Of a stretch of 64,000 nucleotides of DNA, positions 28,392 through 39,028 are shown piece after piece. Positions within the stretch are counted from its first letter, which is position 1, and each line of letters starts with the position of its first letter. Under the pieces are notes generated by a model that made no database searches, was not told the DNA's origin, and saw only the letters and a program-made list of their open reading frames with translations. Both the position numbers and the translations under genes were made by a program. This DNA comes from Planctomycetota bacterium (GTDB lineage: Bacteria; Planctomycetota; MHYJ01; WSZJ01), in assembly GCA_038060895.1 (NCBI GenBank), contig JBBTCT010000007.1, positions 100,023-164,022 on the forward strand. Reading direction: 5' to 3'.

Positions 28392-29717
28392 ATGCGCATC
28401 GTGCTTGTCATGACGGCGCTTCTGGCGCCGCTGGCAGCCTGGGGACAGTCGGAAGAGTTGCAGAAGATCAGGGAAGAGCTGGAGATTTCGAAGAAGAGGA
28501 TCGATGAGCTGGAGAAGAAGGAAGCAGGGAAACCCGCAGACAAGTCTGTGACGCGGTCGAACGAGCCTTGGGCTGTGTCGCTAGGGAGCGGCGCGACGGC
28601 GCGGCTGATCGACGTGTCGCTGGACATCCTGGCGCTTGGAGGGACATCGACGGCCAGGGATGCGGAGCTGGACCTCCTGAACCCGGGGCATCACGACCCT
28701 GCCGGCCGGGGATTCACGCTTCAGAACGTCGAACTCACGCTTTCCGGCGCGGTTGACCCGTACTTCAACGCGGAAGCGCACATCACTTATGTGGTGAGCG
28801 ATTCTGGCGAGTCCGAGATCGAGCTGGAAGAAGCGTTTTTCACGACCACTTCCCTGCCCGGGGGCTTTCAGATCCGGGGCGGGCACAGTTTCCTGGAATT
28901 CGGACGCCAGAATCGGCAACACCCGCATGCGTGGCATTTCGTGGACCAGCCGGTCGTGTTCAGCCGGTTTTTCGGGGCTGACGGCCTGCGGTCGACGGGA
29001 GCCCAAGCGTCCTGGCTCGCGCCGACGCCCTTCTATCTCGAAGCGATTGCGGGCATCTACAACTCCTTCGGGGAGACGATGTTCTCGTTCAACCAGGATG
29101 AGGCGGAGGTCGTTCCGTCGTTCCTCGGGAGGCGGGATGTGCGCACCTGGCGGGACCTGGCGTATCTCGGCCGCTTGACGTCGACGCTCGACATCGGGGA
29201 GTCGATCGCGACCTCGTTCGGGGTTTCGTACATCCACGGGCCGAACGCCACGGGTAAGCACGCGGACACGGAAATCTACGGAGCCGACTTCTATATCCGT
29301 TGGAAACCGGTCCAGAACGAGCGCGGCTGGCCTTTCGTGCAGTTCCAGGCGGAATTCCTGATGCGCCGGTACGAACGGGGCAGCTTCGACGACGGAGCCG
29401 GATCGGAATTCGCCCATGAGTGGTTCCAGGACTGGGGGTACTACGCGCAGGCGGTCGTGGGGTTCGCTCCGGGCTGGACGGCCGGGCTTCGTTTCGACCG
29501 CGCCGACGGGGAACTCAACGCGCTCAATCCGCTCCACGACTCCCGCTACCGCATTTCGCCGGCGCTTACGTGGTACCCGACCGAGTTCAGCAAGATCCGG
29601 CTTCAGTACAACTACGACCACGCAAGGCACATCCGGACCGGGCACGGCAACGACGAACACTCGATCTGGCTCCAGGTCGAAGTCCTGATCGGCAAACACG
29701 GAGCCCACAAGTTCTGA
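28392..29717 (+). CDS. outer-membrane beta-barrel metal (Zn-type) receptor/porin
   Basis: Signal peptide plus short coiled coil; GAVDPYF, LEEAF, FGRQNRQHPHAW, PTEFSKIRLQY, ends GKHGAHKF. Confidence 0.8.
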   Translation: MRIVLVMTALLAPLAAWGQSEELQKIREELEISKKRIDELEKKEAGKPADKSVTRSNEPWAVSLGSGATARLIDVSLDILALGGTSTARDAELDLLNPGHHDPAGRGFTLQNVELTLSGAVDPYFNAEAHITYVVSDSGESEIELEEAFFTTTSLPGGFQIRGGHSFLEFGRQNRQHPHAWHFVDQPVVFSRFFGADGLRSTGAQASWLAPTPFYLEAIAGIYNSFGETMFSFNQDEAEVVPSFLGRRDVRTWRDLAYLGRLTSTLDIGESIATSFGVSYIHGPNATGKHADTEIYGADFYIRWKPVQNERGWPFVQFQAEFLMRRYERGSFDDGAGSEFAHEWFQDWGYYAQAVVGFAPGWTAGLRFDRADGELNALNPLHDSRYRISPALTWYPTEFSKIRLQYNYDHARHIRTGHGNDEHSIWLQVEVLIGKHGAHKF

Positions 29718-29745
29718 ACCCCTTCACCTCCTCGAGAAAGGAAAC

Positions 29746-29779
29746 GCGCGAAGGCCCGGCCCTCCGCGGGCCTTCGCGC
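29746..29779. other. intergenic hairpin overlapping the translation-initiation region of the ZnuA-like gene
   Basis: gcgcgaaggcccg ... cgggccttcgcgc. Confidence 0.6.
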
Positions 29780-29785
29780 TCCTTC

Positions 29786-30772
29786 ATGAAAACACTTCTG
29801 CTCGCCTTGATGGCCGTGTCCGTCGCCGCGGCCGACGACAAGCTCGATGTCGTCACCACAATCCCGTCACTCGGCTCCGTTGCCCGTGAAGTCGGTGGCG
29901 ACCGCGTGTCCGTCAGCTCGCTCGCCCGTCCCGGCGAAGATCCCCACTTCGTGGACGCGAAACAGTCCTTGATGGTCAAAATGCGTGGAGCCGATCTCTT
30001 CATCGTCAACGGACTCGAACTCGAAATCGGCTGGGTCCCCCTCCTCCTCGAAGGATGCCGGAACGGGAAAATTCAGCCCGGAAGCGCCGGGTATCTCGAC
30101 GCGTCGGCTTTCGTGCGGGTCATCGACGTGCCGAAAGGCCCCGTTGACCGGTCCATGGGGGATGTCCACCCCATGGGAAATCCGCACTTCAGCCTCGACC
30201 CGCTCGCGCTCCGCGGCATCGCCGGCGGGCTCGCAGTGAAGCTGTCCGCGCTGGACCCCGGAGGAAAGGAGGTCTACGAAAGAAACCGTAAGGCCTACGA
30301 GCGGAAGATCGATGAAGCGCTTTTCGGCGCCGAACTGGTGGACGAGGCCGGAGGCTCGAAGCTGGCCCAGGTTGCCGCGGACGGCAAACTCGACGAGTTC
30401 CTGGCGGAACAGAAGCTGGCGGACCAGGTGGGCGGCTGGCTGAAGGTCATGGCCGACGCGAAGGGGAAGGAAGTGATCGCCTACCACGCGAGCATGAACT
30501 ACTTCTGGAACCGGTTCGGCCTGAAGCTCGCAGGCACCATCGAAGAGAAACCGGGCATTTCTCCCTCGAGCAGCCAGGTGAATTCCATCATCGAACTCGC
30601 CCGCGCACGGAAGATCCGGGCCGTCGTGACCCAGCCGTTCTTCAGCGACAGCGCCCCGAACCTGATCGCGGAGAAATCGGGCGCGAAGGTCGTCAAGGTC
30701 GACATCGAAGGCGATGACGCCATCGCCATCATCGACCACGTGGTGACGGAGGTCGCGGGCGCACTCAAATGA
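29786..30772 (+). CDS. metal ABC transporter substrate-binding protein (ZnuA/TroA family)
   Basis: Motifs EDPHFV, NGLELE, GDVHPMGNPH, YH, IEEKPGI. Confidence 0.92.
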   Translation: MKTLLLALMAVSVAAADDKLDVVTTIPSLGSVAREVGGDRVSVSSLARPGEDPHFVDAKQSLMVKMRGADLFIVNGLELEIGWVPLLLEGCRNGKIQPGSAGYLDASAFVRVIDVPKGPVDRSMGDVHPMGNPHFSLDPLALRGIAGGLAVKLSALDPGGKEVYERNRKAYERKIDEALFGAELVDEAGGSKLAQVAADGKLDEFLAEQKLADQVGGWLKVMADAKGKEVIAYHASMNYFWNRFGLKLAGTIEEKPGISPSSSQVNSIIELARARKIRAVVTQPFFSDSAPNLIAEKSGAKVVKVDIEGDDAIAIIDHVVTEVAGALK

Positions 30773-32223
30773 TCGAACTCAGCAAGATCGACGTGCTCCT
30801 CTGGCCATTCCTCGCGTGCCTCGTGCTCGTGGGAATCCACGGCTACCTGGGCATCCACGTCCTGGCGCGCAAGGTCATCTTCGTGGACCTCGCCATGGCC
30901 CAGATCGCCGCGCTGGGCGGCACCGTCGCATTCCTTTACGGGCACGAGATCGGCACGCCGACGGGGTACTTCCTCTCGCTCGGCTTCACCCTCGCGGGCG
31001 CGGGAGTGTTCGCGCTCACCCGGACGCGACACGAAAGCGTGCCGCAGGAAGCGGTCATTGGCCTCGTGTACGCGATCGCGACCGCGGTCGCCGTCCTCCT
31101 CGCAGACCGGGCGGCGCACGGCGGTGAACATCTGAAGGCTCTTCTCTCCGGCAGCATCGTCTGGGTCACGTGGAAGCAGGTCGCCAAAACGGCTGCTATC
31201 TACGCTGCGGTCGGGGCATTCCACTACGCTTACCGCGCTAAATTCCTGAAGATTTCCTTCGATCCCGAAGGCGCCGCAGCCGAAGGCATCAACGTCCGCC
31301 TCTGGGACTTCCTCTTTTACCTCTCGTTCGGCTTCGTCATCACCTCCTCGGTCTCCATCGCAGGAGTCCTTCTGGTCTTCTGCTACCTCATCGCGCCCGC
31401 CGTCGTCGCGACCCTTTTCGCTCAGTCCGTACGCGGCCGCCTCCTCATGGGCTGGTGTGTCGGCACGCTCGTCTCCGCCCTCGGGCTTCTCTTTTCCTGG
31501 GACCGCCCCAGCGGGCCCACCATCATCGGCTTCTTCGCTGCCTTCCTTGCCCTCGCGGCCGTCGGCAAGGCCGTGTTCCTGGCGCAAAGCCGCGCCCGCG
31601 CGCTGGCCATCGCCGGATGCGGAGCCGCACTTCTCACTCTCGCCGGCTTCTTCGTCGTCCACTTCCTCAAGTCCACCGGCAACGATCCCGAGCACACCCA
31701 TCTCCCGCCCCGCCACGCCGCCGGCGACACTCCCGAGGAGCTTCACCTGAGCCTCAACGACGTTCACTCCGACGTCCGCGCGGCGGCGGCACGGACGCTG
31801 GGAGAGAAGGGACGGCGGGAAGCGGTGCCGATGCTTCGCAATCTTCTCCGTGATCCGGACGCGCACGTGCGCGAAGAGGCCGCGAAGGCGCTCGGAGTTC
31901 TGCAGGCGAAGGAAGCCATTCCGGATCTGAAGCGCCTCGCGGAGACGCCGGATGAACACGAGTACGTTCCGCTGGAGGCGGCACGGGCGCTGGCGGAGAT
32001 GGGGGAGGTTTCCGGGATCGAAGGACTGCTGGTCCTGGCGTCGGAAGCATCGACCGGTCTGGTAAAGCGCCTGGCAATGAAGTTTCTGAAGCAGCTCCTG
32101 CCTCAAGCGAATGCGCCGGCTGACGGGAAGAAAGGGCTGCCTGAACTGAAGGGCTGGTGGGAGACGTATCGGGGGGCGACGGAGTTCGACGACAGTTCGA
32201 GATCGTGGAGGAAGAAATCATGA
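30769..32223 (+). CDS. metal ABC transporter permease (ZnuB/ABC-3) fused to C-terminal HEAT repeats
   Basis: Motifs YLGIHVLARKVIFVDLAMAQ, EAVIG, GVLLVFCYLIAPA; then DVRAAAARTLG..DPDAHVREEAAKALG. Confidence 0.88.
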   Translation: MIELSKIDVLLWPFLACLVLVGIHGYLGIHVLARKVIFVDLAMAQIAALGGTVAFLYGHEIGTPTGYFLSLGFTLAGAGVFALTRTRHESVPQEAVIGLVYAIATAVAVLLADRAAHGGEHLKALLSGSIVWVTWKQVAKTAAIYAAVGAFHYAYRAKFLKISFDPEGAAAEGINVRLWDFLFYLSFGFVITSSVSIAGVLLVFCYLIAPAVVATLFAQSVRGRLLMGWCVGTLVSALGLLFSWDRPSGPTIIGFFAAFLALAAVGKAVFLAQSRARALAIAGCGAALLTLAGFFVVHFLKSTGNDPEHTHLPPRHAAGDTPEELHLSLNDVHSDVRAAAARTLGEKGRREAVPMLRNLLRDPDAHVREEAAKALGVLQAKEAIPDLKRLAETPDEHEYVPLEAARALAEMGEVSGIEGLLVLASEASTGLVKRLAMKFLKQLLPQANAPADGKKGLPELKGWWETYRGATEFDDSSRSWRKKS

Positions 32224-32729
32224 AACGACGGCTGCTCTGGGCTTTTGCGGCGCTGGCGGGTTGCGGCCCGGTGCGCTACGAAAACGACCCTGTCCCGGTG
32301 GCGGAGACAGCGTGGGTGACCCTTCCAGAAATCCAGGCCACGCATCCCGAAATCGACAAGGCTGTCCTCGCGGCGCGAATCCGGACGGCCGCAAGCGAGG
32401 CGGTCGCCCTGGAGGGGTTGACGCTGGCGCCGGATGAAGCCTCAGCGGACCTGGTGCTGGAAGCCGTGGTCGAGCAGTTCTGGCTCGGCGACGACGCCGT
32501 GCGGATTCTCGGTTGGAAGGCGGTTCGATCGGGGGTCGCCAGTCCCGAGCATCGAATGCTGGTGAAGATCCGTGCGCGAGGGCAACCGGAGAACAGCGCA
32601 ACGCTCGCCGACGCGATTGAGACCGGTGGATTCGCAAGGGACAACGTCGAAGCACGACGCACGGATGCGCTGGTGGATCGGATTGCCAGGTCGATCCGCG
32701 AGATCGCCCGGGACTACCGCAAACGTTGA
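32220..32729 (+). CDS. hypothetical lipoprotein
   Basis: Lipobox LAGC; paralog of the next gene. Confidence 0.75.
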   Translation: MKRRLLWAFAALAGCGPVRYENDPVPVAETAWVTLPEIQATHPEIDKAVLAARIRTAASEAVALEGLTLAPDEASADLVLEAVVEQFWLGDDAVRILGWKAVRSGVASPEHRMLVKIRARGQPENSATLADAIETGGFARDNVEARRTDALVDRIARSIREIARDYRKR

Positions 32730-32787
32730 GGCGCCTGATACCCTCACGAGACGCGCCGTCGGCAAGCCGCGACAAGAAGGAGGGAAC

Positions 32788-33293
32788 GTGAAGCAGTTTC
32801 TGTCCGCGTTGTCGGCGCTGGCCCTCGCGGGATGCGGCGGGCTGCGCTTCGAGCACGATCCGGTTCCGGCGGCAGGATCCGTCTGGGTTTCAGAGCCGGT
32901 CGTCCGATCGACGCACAAGGAGATCGACCGGCGCGCCCTGGCCGAGACCATTCGCCTCGCGGCGGCGCAGGCGGTCGATGCGGCGGGGTTCGGTCACGGA
33001 GGGGACGAAATGTCGGCCGACGTCGTGATCAAAGTCACGATCGAAGACTTCTGGATCGGGGACGAAGCCGTGCGGGAACTCGGCTGGAAAGTCGATCTCC
33101 ACGGCGAGGACAACCCGTCCTTCAAGGCGAAGGCGACGATCCGGGTAAAGGGGCAGCCTCTTAACTCGACGGAGTTTTCCGACGTGGTGTCCGCAGGCGG
33201 CCGCGCGAACGAGTCGGTCATCGACCAGCGGCGGCGCGCCCTGATTGACGCCATCGCAAAGTTTCACGTCGAGATCGCCGAGGAGTACCGCAA

Positions 33294-33297
<4 letters not shown>
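32788..33297 (+). CDS. hypothetical lipoprotein, tandem paralog
   Basis: RBS AGGAGG, GTG start, lipobox LAGC; shares DPVP, EID, FW.GD.AVR.LGWK and GQP.NS with the previous gene. Confidence 0.75.
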
Positions 33298-33988
<691 letters not shown>

Positions 33989-33992
<4 letters not shown>

Positions 33993-35248
33993 TCCTCGGC
34001 GGCCTCTTCCTCATCGTGCGGCGCAACCTCGCGCAGCACGCGCTCTCCACGGCCGTGACGGCGCTCGCCTCCGCGCTCGGCTGCGGCCTGGTCATCGCCG
34101 TCTTCTCGGTCCGGCAGCAGGCGCACGACGCCTTCGTCGGCGGCCCCATCGGCTTCGACGCGGTCCTCGGCGCGCGCGGGTCGCAGCTTCAGCTCGTCCT
34201 GAACACCGTCTTTCACCTCGACACCTCCCCGGGAAACATCCCGTGGTCGATGTACGAAACCGTGCGACAGGACCCGCAGGTCGCGCTCGCGATCCCCTAC
34301 GCCGTCGGCGACAACTACAGGGGCTGGCGCATCGTCGGGACCACGCCGGAACTCTTCACGGAATTCGAGTGCCGCAAGGGCCGGCGCCTCACCACGGAAC
34401 CCGGGGGACGCGTGTTCGACCCGAAACTCCGTGAAGCGGTGATCGGAAGCGCAGTGGCGGACGGCGCGCGGATGTCGGTGGGGACGATGTTCCATCCGGA
34501 GCACGGTGTGACCGAGGGGGACCACGACCACGTTGAGGAGTACGTCGTCGTGGGGGTGCTGGAGCCGACGAATTCGCCGTCGGACCGGGTGATCTGGATC
34601 CCGATCGAGGGGATTTTCCGGATGGGCGGGCATGTGCTTCACGGAAAGGGCGAAGCGTTCCATGCGAAGCCGGGAGAAGCGATCCCGGACGAGGTGAAAG
34701 AAGTCAGCGCGGTGATGCTGAAATTCCGGATGCCGATGGCGGGGATGCGGCTGGACCAGCAGTACAACCGGCAGGGATCGTCGGCGACGTTGGCATGGCC
34801 GATCGCGAAGTCGCTGTCGGAATTCTTCGACAAGATGGGCTGGCTCGACAAGGTGCTGGCGCTGGTCGCGTACCTCGTGATGTTCGTGGCGGCGGGGTCG
34901 ATCCTCGCGGCGCTCTACAACACGATGAACGAGCGGAAGCGGGACTTCGCGATCCTGAGGTCGCTCGGCGCGAAGCGGCGGGTGGTGTTCACGGCGATCG
35001 TGCTGGAGTCCGCTTCGATTGGTGCGATCGGCGCGGTGCTGGGTCTGATGGTGAGTCTCGGCATTCTCGCCGCCGCGGCCCTGGTCGTGCGCTCGCAGAC
35101 CGGCGTGGTGCTCGACATCTGGAAGTTCCACCCGGCCGCGGCGCTGGCGCCGGCCGGGATGCTGGCGCTGGCGGCGGCCGCGGGGGTGATTCCCGCCCTG
35201 AAGGCCTACCGGACGCCCGTCGCGGAAAACCTGGCGCCGCAGTCGTAG
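33989..35248 (+). CDS. ABC transporter permease (MacB/FtsX, ZrgC-like)
   Basis: Motifs GARGSQLQLVLN, AIPYAVGDNY, HG..DHDH loop, ERKRDFAILRSLGA. Confidence 0.9.
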
Positions 35249-35252
35249 TAAG

Positions 35253-35990
35253 ATGGTGCGCGTGAATCCGAAGAGCCGCCGTTCGGACGGGAAAATCGCC
35301 CTCGTGATGGTCCTCATCGTCGTCGCGACGTTCGCGGTCGCCGCATGGCGGATCAAGGGCGCACTTCAGTCCCGCCGCCCCCCGCCGGCCGCTGTGCCCG
35401 TGCGCGGCGCGGCGATCGATGCACCTGTCGGGCCTGCAGTGGCGCCTAAAGCCGGCGGCGAAGAAGAATTCCCCGCCGGCGGGACGCCTCCAGGCGATGG
35501 CGCAGGACCGCGCGGCCACATCCCCGCCAATCACAACAGCGCCAGGGAACCCGCCGTCGAAAGGACGTCCGAGGCGGAAGCCGAGTACCCGACCGTTCTC
35601 TACAGCACACTCGCTTCGTTCACCTACGTGATACCGCAGAAGCGGAAAGAGGGAGACACCACGAAACGCCCGGAGCAGGTTCCCGAAACAATCCGCGCGC
35701 TGAACGGCAGGCAGGTCTGCGTCGTGGGCTACATGCTCCCGACCGTCTGGGACGAGGACCGCATCACCGAGTTCCTGCTCATGCGCAACATTCCCCAGTG
35801 CTGCTTCGGGCTGGCGCCCGCCGTGAACGAATGGATCGTCGTCACCATGGACGAGGAAGCGGGCGCCCCGGAGCACAAGCTGACACCGACGGCCGTCGAG
35901 GGCGTTCTGGAGGTTGGCGAGCTGGAGGTCGATGGCTGGGTGCAGAGCGTTTACCGCATGAAGGCCCACTCGGTCCTGCAGACTGAGTAG
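35253..35990 (+). CDS. DUF3299 domain protein (ZrgD-like)
   Basis: LNGRQVCVVGYMLP..EFLL..CCFG..P..NEWI motif; N-terminal TM helix. Confidence 0.85.
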   Translation: MVRVNPKSRRSDGKIALVMVLIVVATFAVAAWRIKGALQSRRPPPAAVPVRGAAIDAPVGPAVAPKAGGEEEFPAGGTPPGDGAGPRGHIPANHNSAREPAVERTSEAEAEYPTVLYSTLASFTYVIPQKRKEGDTTKRPEQVPETIRALNGRQVCVVGYMLPTVWDEDRITEFLLMRNIPQCCFGLAPAVNEWIVVTMDEEAGAPEHKLTPTAVEGVLEVGELEVDGWVQSVYRMKAHSVLQTE

Positions 35991-36057
35991 AGCGCGAAGC
36001 AGGACGGGGCGGATCAGGCTCCGTCCGCCCGATCCGCCCCGTCCTGCTTCGCGCTCT
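35989..36057. repeat. perfect 27-bp inverted repeat at the end of the metal-uptake operon
   Basis: agagcgcgaagcaggacggggcggatc / gatccgccccgtcctgcttcgcgctct; no U-tract. Confidence 0.88.
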
Positions 36058-36112
36058 CCTCAACGACGACCAAATTGTGCGTCCACCGCGCTCCCCGGGG
36101 ATAATCGAGGCA

Positions 36113-36898
36113 ATGCCCGCAGCCGATCCCGCTTCAGAGCCCCCCGCCTCCCAGCGCCGCACTCTCCCTTTCTGGTCGATCAACAAGATCTACTGGCTGC
36201 TCTACATCCTGCCGCTCGCGGCGTGGTTCGCGATGGATGGGTCGGAGATGTTCTTCTTCGACAAGGATCCGAAGCACCCCGAGCGGGTGTGGTTCAAGCT
36301 CGGCGTATATCTCCTGCTCGTCAACATGATCAGCCTCCTGGTCTGGCGGGAGGACAAGCGGCGGGCGGAAAGGGGCGACTGGCGCGTCTCGGAGAAGACG
36401 CTGGTTTACCTGTGCACGCTCGGAGGCCTCCCGGGCGCGCTCCTCTCCATGCGCATGTACCGGCACAAATCGCGGAAGTGGTCGCTCCAGCTCAGGCTGT
36501 TCTTCTGGTCCGCCCTCCTGGTCGTGTTCGCATTCCTCGTCCTTCCCCACTCGTGGTCCTATGCCAACGACGCGCGCTGGGGCATCTGCCTTTTCTCGCT
36601 GTTCTGGTGGAACCTCTCGATCGCCGGGGGCATCGTCCGCGTCCACCGCGATAACGGCCGCGTCCTCTGGCGGTATCTCGGACTGCTCTTCGGAATCGCC
36701 GTCGTGTGCGTGGGGCTGGCCGCGGGTGGCGTGTACTTCTGGGAGGGACGCAAGCACGATCCATGGAACATGGCGAGCGCGGCGATCATCACGGGAGGGC
36801 TCGTGCTGTCGATCTTCAACGAAGTGTGGCTGTCGCTTCGCGGCCTGCGCGGGAAACTCCCCGGATGGGACCCGATCGCGCCGGCGGGCGTAAAATAA
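36113..36898 (+). CDS. DUF1294 domain membrane protein, extended
   Basis: DKRRA..WRVSEKTL..GGLPGA..RHKSRK motif plus extra TM helices. Confidence 0.82.
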   Translation: MPAADPASEPPASQRRTLPFWSINKIYWLLYILPLAAWFAMDGSEMFFFDKDPKHPERVWFKLGVYLLLVNMISLLVWREDKRRAERGDWRVSEKTLVYLCTLGGLPGALLSMRMYRHKSRKWSLQLRLFFWSALLVVFAFLVLPHSWSYANDARWGICLFSLFWWNLSIAGGIVRVHRDNGRVLWRYLGLLFGIAVVCVGLAAGGVYFWEGRKHDPWNMASAAIITGGLVLSIFNEVWLSLRGLRGKLPGWDPIAPAGVK

Positions 36899-36902
36899 AA
36901 AC

Positions 36903-37274
36903 ATGGTGAAGAAAAAGGCGAAGCCGGCCGGGGGCGCTGCGGTCGCGAATGCGGTCGCAGCCGAGATGCGGAAGCGCGACCGGCGGGCGTGGACGATCGT
37001 CGAGTACGCCGGCGCGGACTGGGCGCACGGCTTCTGCAAGGGAGACCGGTGCGGGGCCTGGAAAACGTCGGCTGGAAAACTCGCGAAGGTGAAACCGCCG
37101 GATCTGCTCGAGGTCCCCTATGCGCAGTTCTGTGTTGAGGGGACGCGGGTCCTCGTCGAGTCGGCCCTCAGGCACGGGTCCGGGCAAGGAGAGACCTTCG
37201 AGGTGTGCAAAACCAGGAGTGTGGTGTCTCTCTCTGCCACGAGCGACGGGGTCAAGTGGCGAGTCGGGAGGTGA
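36903..37274 (+). CDS. hypothetical protein
   Basis: ORF 4 nt downstream of the DUF1294 gene; native codon usage. Confidence 0.65.
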   Translation: MVKKKAKPAGGAAVANAVAAEMRKRDRRAWTIVEYAGADWAHGFCKGDRCGAWKTSAGKLAKVKPPDLLEVPYAQFCVEGTRVLVESALRHGSGQGETFEVCKTRSVVSLSATSDGVKWRVGR

Positions 37275-37318
37275 TGGCAGGGGTGCGGCCAGGTCGTTTT
37301 TGTTCGTGCGCGGCGCGA

Positions 37319-39028
37319 CTACTTTCCCTCCGCCTCCCGCAATTTCAACTGCGGCACCCCGCGATCCGGCTCCAGCACCCACACTTCCCTCCCCGGAAAC
37401 GCCTGCACCAGCCGCTCGTCCTTCGCATCGTCCCGCATCCGCGCCCAGATGATCCGCTGCGACGGGATATCCGAGGAGTTGTACACCCACTCAAAGTTGA
37501 TGTTGTGAAGCGGCGCGTACTTCAGGAACACGAGGTGGTTCCCGGGGCGCTGTTCCAGCTCCTTGATGATCTTCACGCGCTCATCGGCCCACGCGGGGCG
37601 GGATCGCGACGGAAGAATGAGTCCGCCGAAAGTGAGGAACACCGGACTGGAAAGCAGGCCCGCAGCGGCCATCCAGAGCGCGGCGCGGCGATTCTTCAGA
37701 CAGCAGGCCAGCCGCCGGGCGCAGGCCGTCGTGAACAGGAAGAACGCGGCGGCCGCGGGGGCGACGTAGTGCGGCTGCGTCCAGCAGGTGCAGAGCGTTG
37801 CCAGCAGGCCGAATACGACGACGAGTGAGAGTCGCCCCATCCGACGCGAGCGCAGCAGCATGAAGAAGCCGGGAACGAGCGCCATGTAGGCGCCCGGAAA
37901 GTAGTTCCAGAGCAGGAAGCACTTGAACGCCGCGACCGCGAGAAAACCCTTCGGGCTCCGCTGCTTCTCGAAAATCCCTCGGCTCCAGCCGCCGTGGTAC
38001 GACGTGATCTGCGGATGCTCGTTCCAGCGCGCGGGCGGCGCTTGCTGAAACAGGAAGACGGGCGCGGCGGCGTACTGCTGCTCGTAGAGAATGTACGGCA
38101 TCGTCGTGGCGCTTCCCGTCACCGCCGCGTTGATGCGCGCCACGGCGGCGGCGGTCACGAGCAGGACGGCGGCGACCGGCGTCACGACGCGGAGCAGGAA
38201 GCGCTTCCGGCCGGCGGGATCGTTCAGGAACTTTGCGATGAGTCCTGCGGCGACCGGGAGCGAGGCGACGACGCCCTCCCAGGGGCGGGTGATGGCGAGA
38301 ATGGCGAGGCCCGCGGCGAGGGCGAGGGAGGCGGGGATGGCGGCGCGGCGGTCGAGGCGGCGCCAGGCGCCCAGGACGAGCGCGCCGCCGAGGAAGGCGA
38401 GGCCGCCGCCCCAGAAGGACTGGGTCCATGTGAAGGGCTTGAAGATATGGAACGCGGGGTGGAGGGCGGCCATGAGGCCGGCGACGAGGCCCCAGCGGGG
38501 GCCGAGCCAGGCGCGGGCGGCCCACGCGACGGCGGCGCAGGCGGCGGCGAAAGCGAGCCAGACGCCGGTGATGGGGGCATCGAAGAGGACCTGGCCGGCG
38601 GCGAGGGAGAGGGCCTGGCCCGGCGGGTATTTCGCGGAGTAGGTCGGCTGGAGGAGAATGTGAAACGTCTCGAAATGGCGCCATTCGGGAGGGACGGGGT
38701 TCGCGGCGCGGCCGTGCGCAAACGTATCGGCCTGCATCAGGTACGCGAACTCGTCGTGGATGTACGGGGTGGGCAGGTGGCGTGCGGTGAGCGCACCGGA
38801 CATCAGCAGCGCGACGAGCGCGGCGACGAGCGGCGCGCCCCACTTCGGACGCGCGACCGCGTGCGCCAGGGAGCGCAGCCAGCAGGTCTTCGGCCGGAGC
38901 GATCCGCCGAGCAGCATCATCGCGGGCACCAGGGCCACGAGCGCGAGCGCCCACGACAGGACCGCGCGCGAAGCGGGTCCTTCCGCCCCCCGGAAAACTT
39001 CCTGTGATTCCCAGAGTCCGCCGGTCAT
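37319..39028 (-). CDS. polytopic membrane protein, GT-C glycosyltransferase-like
   Basis: Motifs HDEFAYLMQADTFAHGR, KYPPG, TRPWEG; many TM helices. Confidence 0.75.
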   Translation of the reverse strand: MTGGLWESQEVFRGAEGPASRAVLSWALALVALVPAMMLLGGSLRPKTCWLRSLAHAVARPKWGAPLVAALVALLMSGALTARHLPTPYIHDEFAYLMQADTFAHGRAANPVPPEWRHFETFHILLQPTYSAKYPPGQALSLAAGQVLFDAPITGVWLAFAAACAAVAWAARAWLGPRWGLVAGLMAALHPAFHIFKPFTWTQSFWGGGLAFLGGALVLGAWRRLDRRAAIPASLALAAGLAILAITRPWEGVVASLPVAAGLIAKFLNDPAGRKRFLLRVVTPVAAVLLVTAAAVARINAAVTGSATTMPYILYEQQYAAAPVFLFQQAPPARWNEHPQITSYHGGWSRGIFEKQRSPKGFLAVAAFKCFLLWNYFPGAYMALVPGFFMLLRSRRMGRLSLVVVFGLLATLCTCWTQPHYVAPAAAAFFLFTTACARRLACCLKNRRAALWMAAAGLLSSPVFLTFGGLILPSRSRPAWADERVKIIKELEQRPGNHLVFLKYAPLHNINFEWVYNSSDIPSQRIIWARMRDDAKDERLVQAFPGREVWVLEPDRGVPQLKLREAEGK

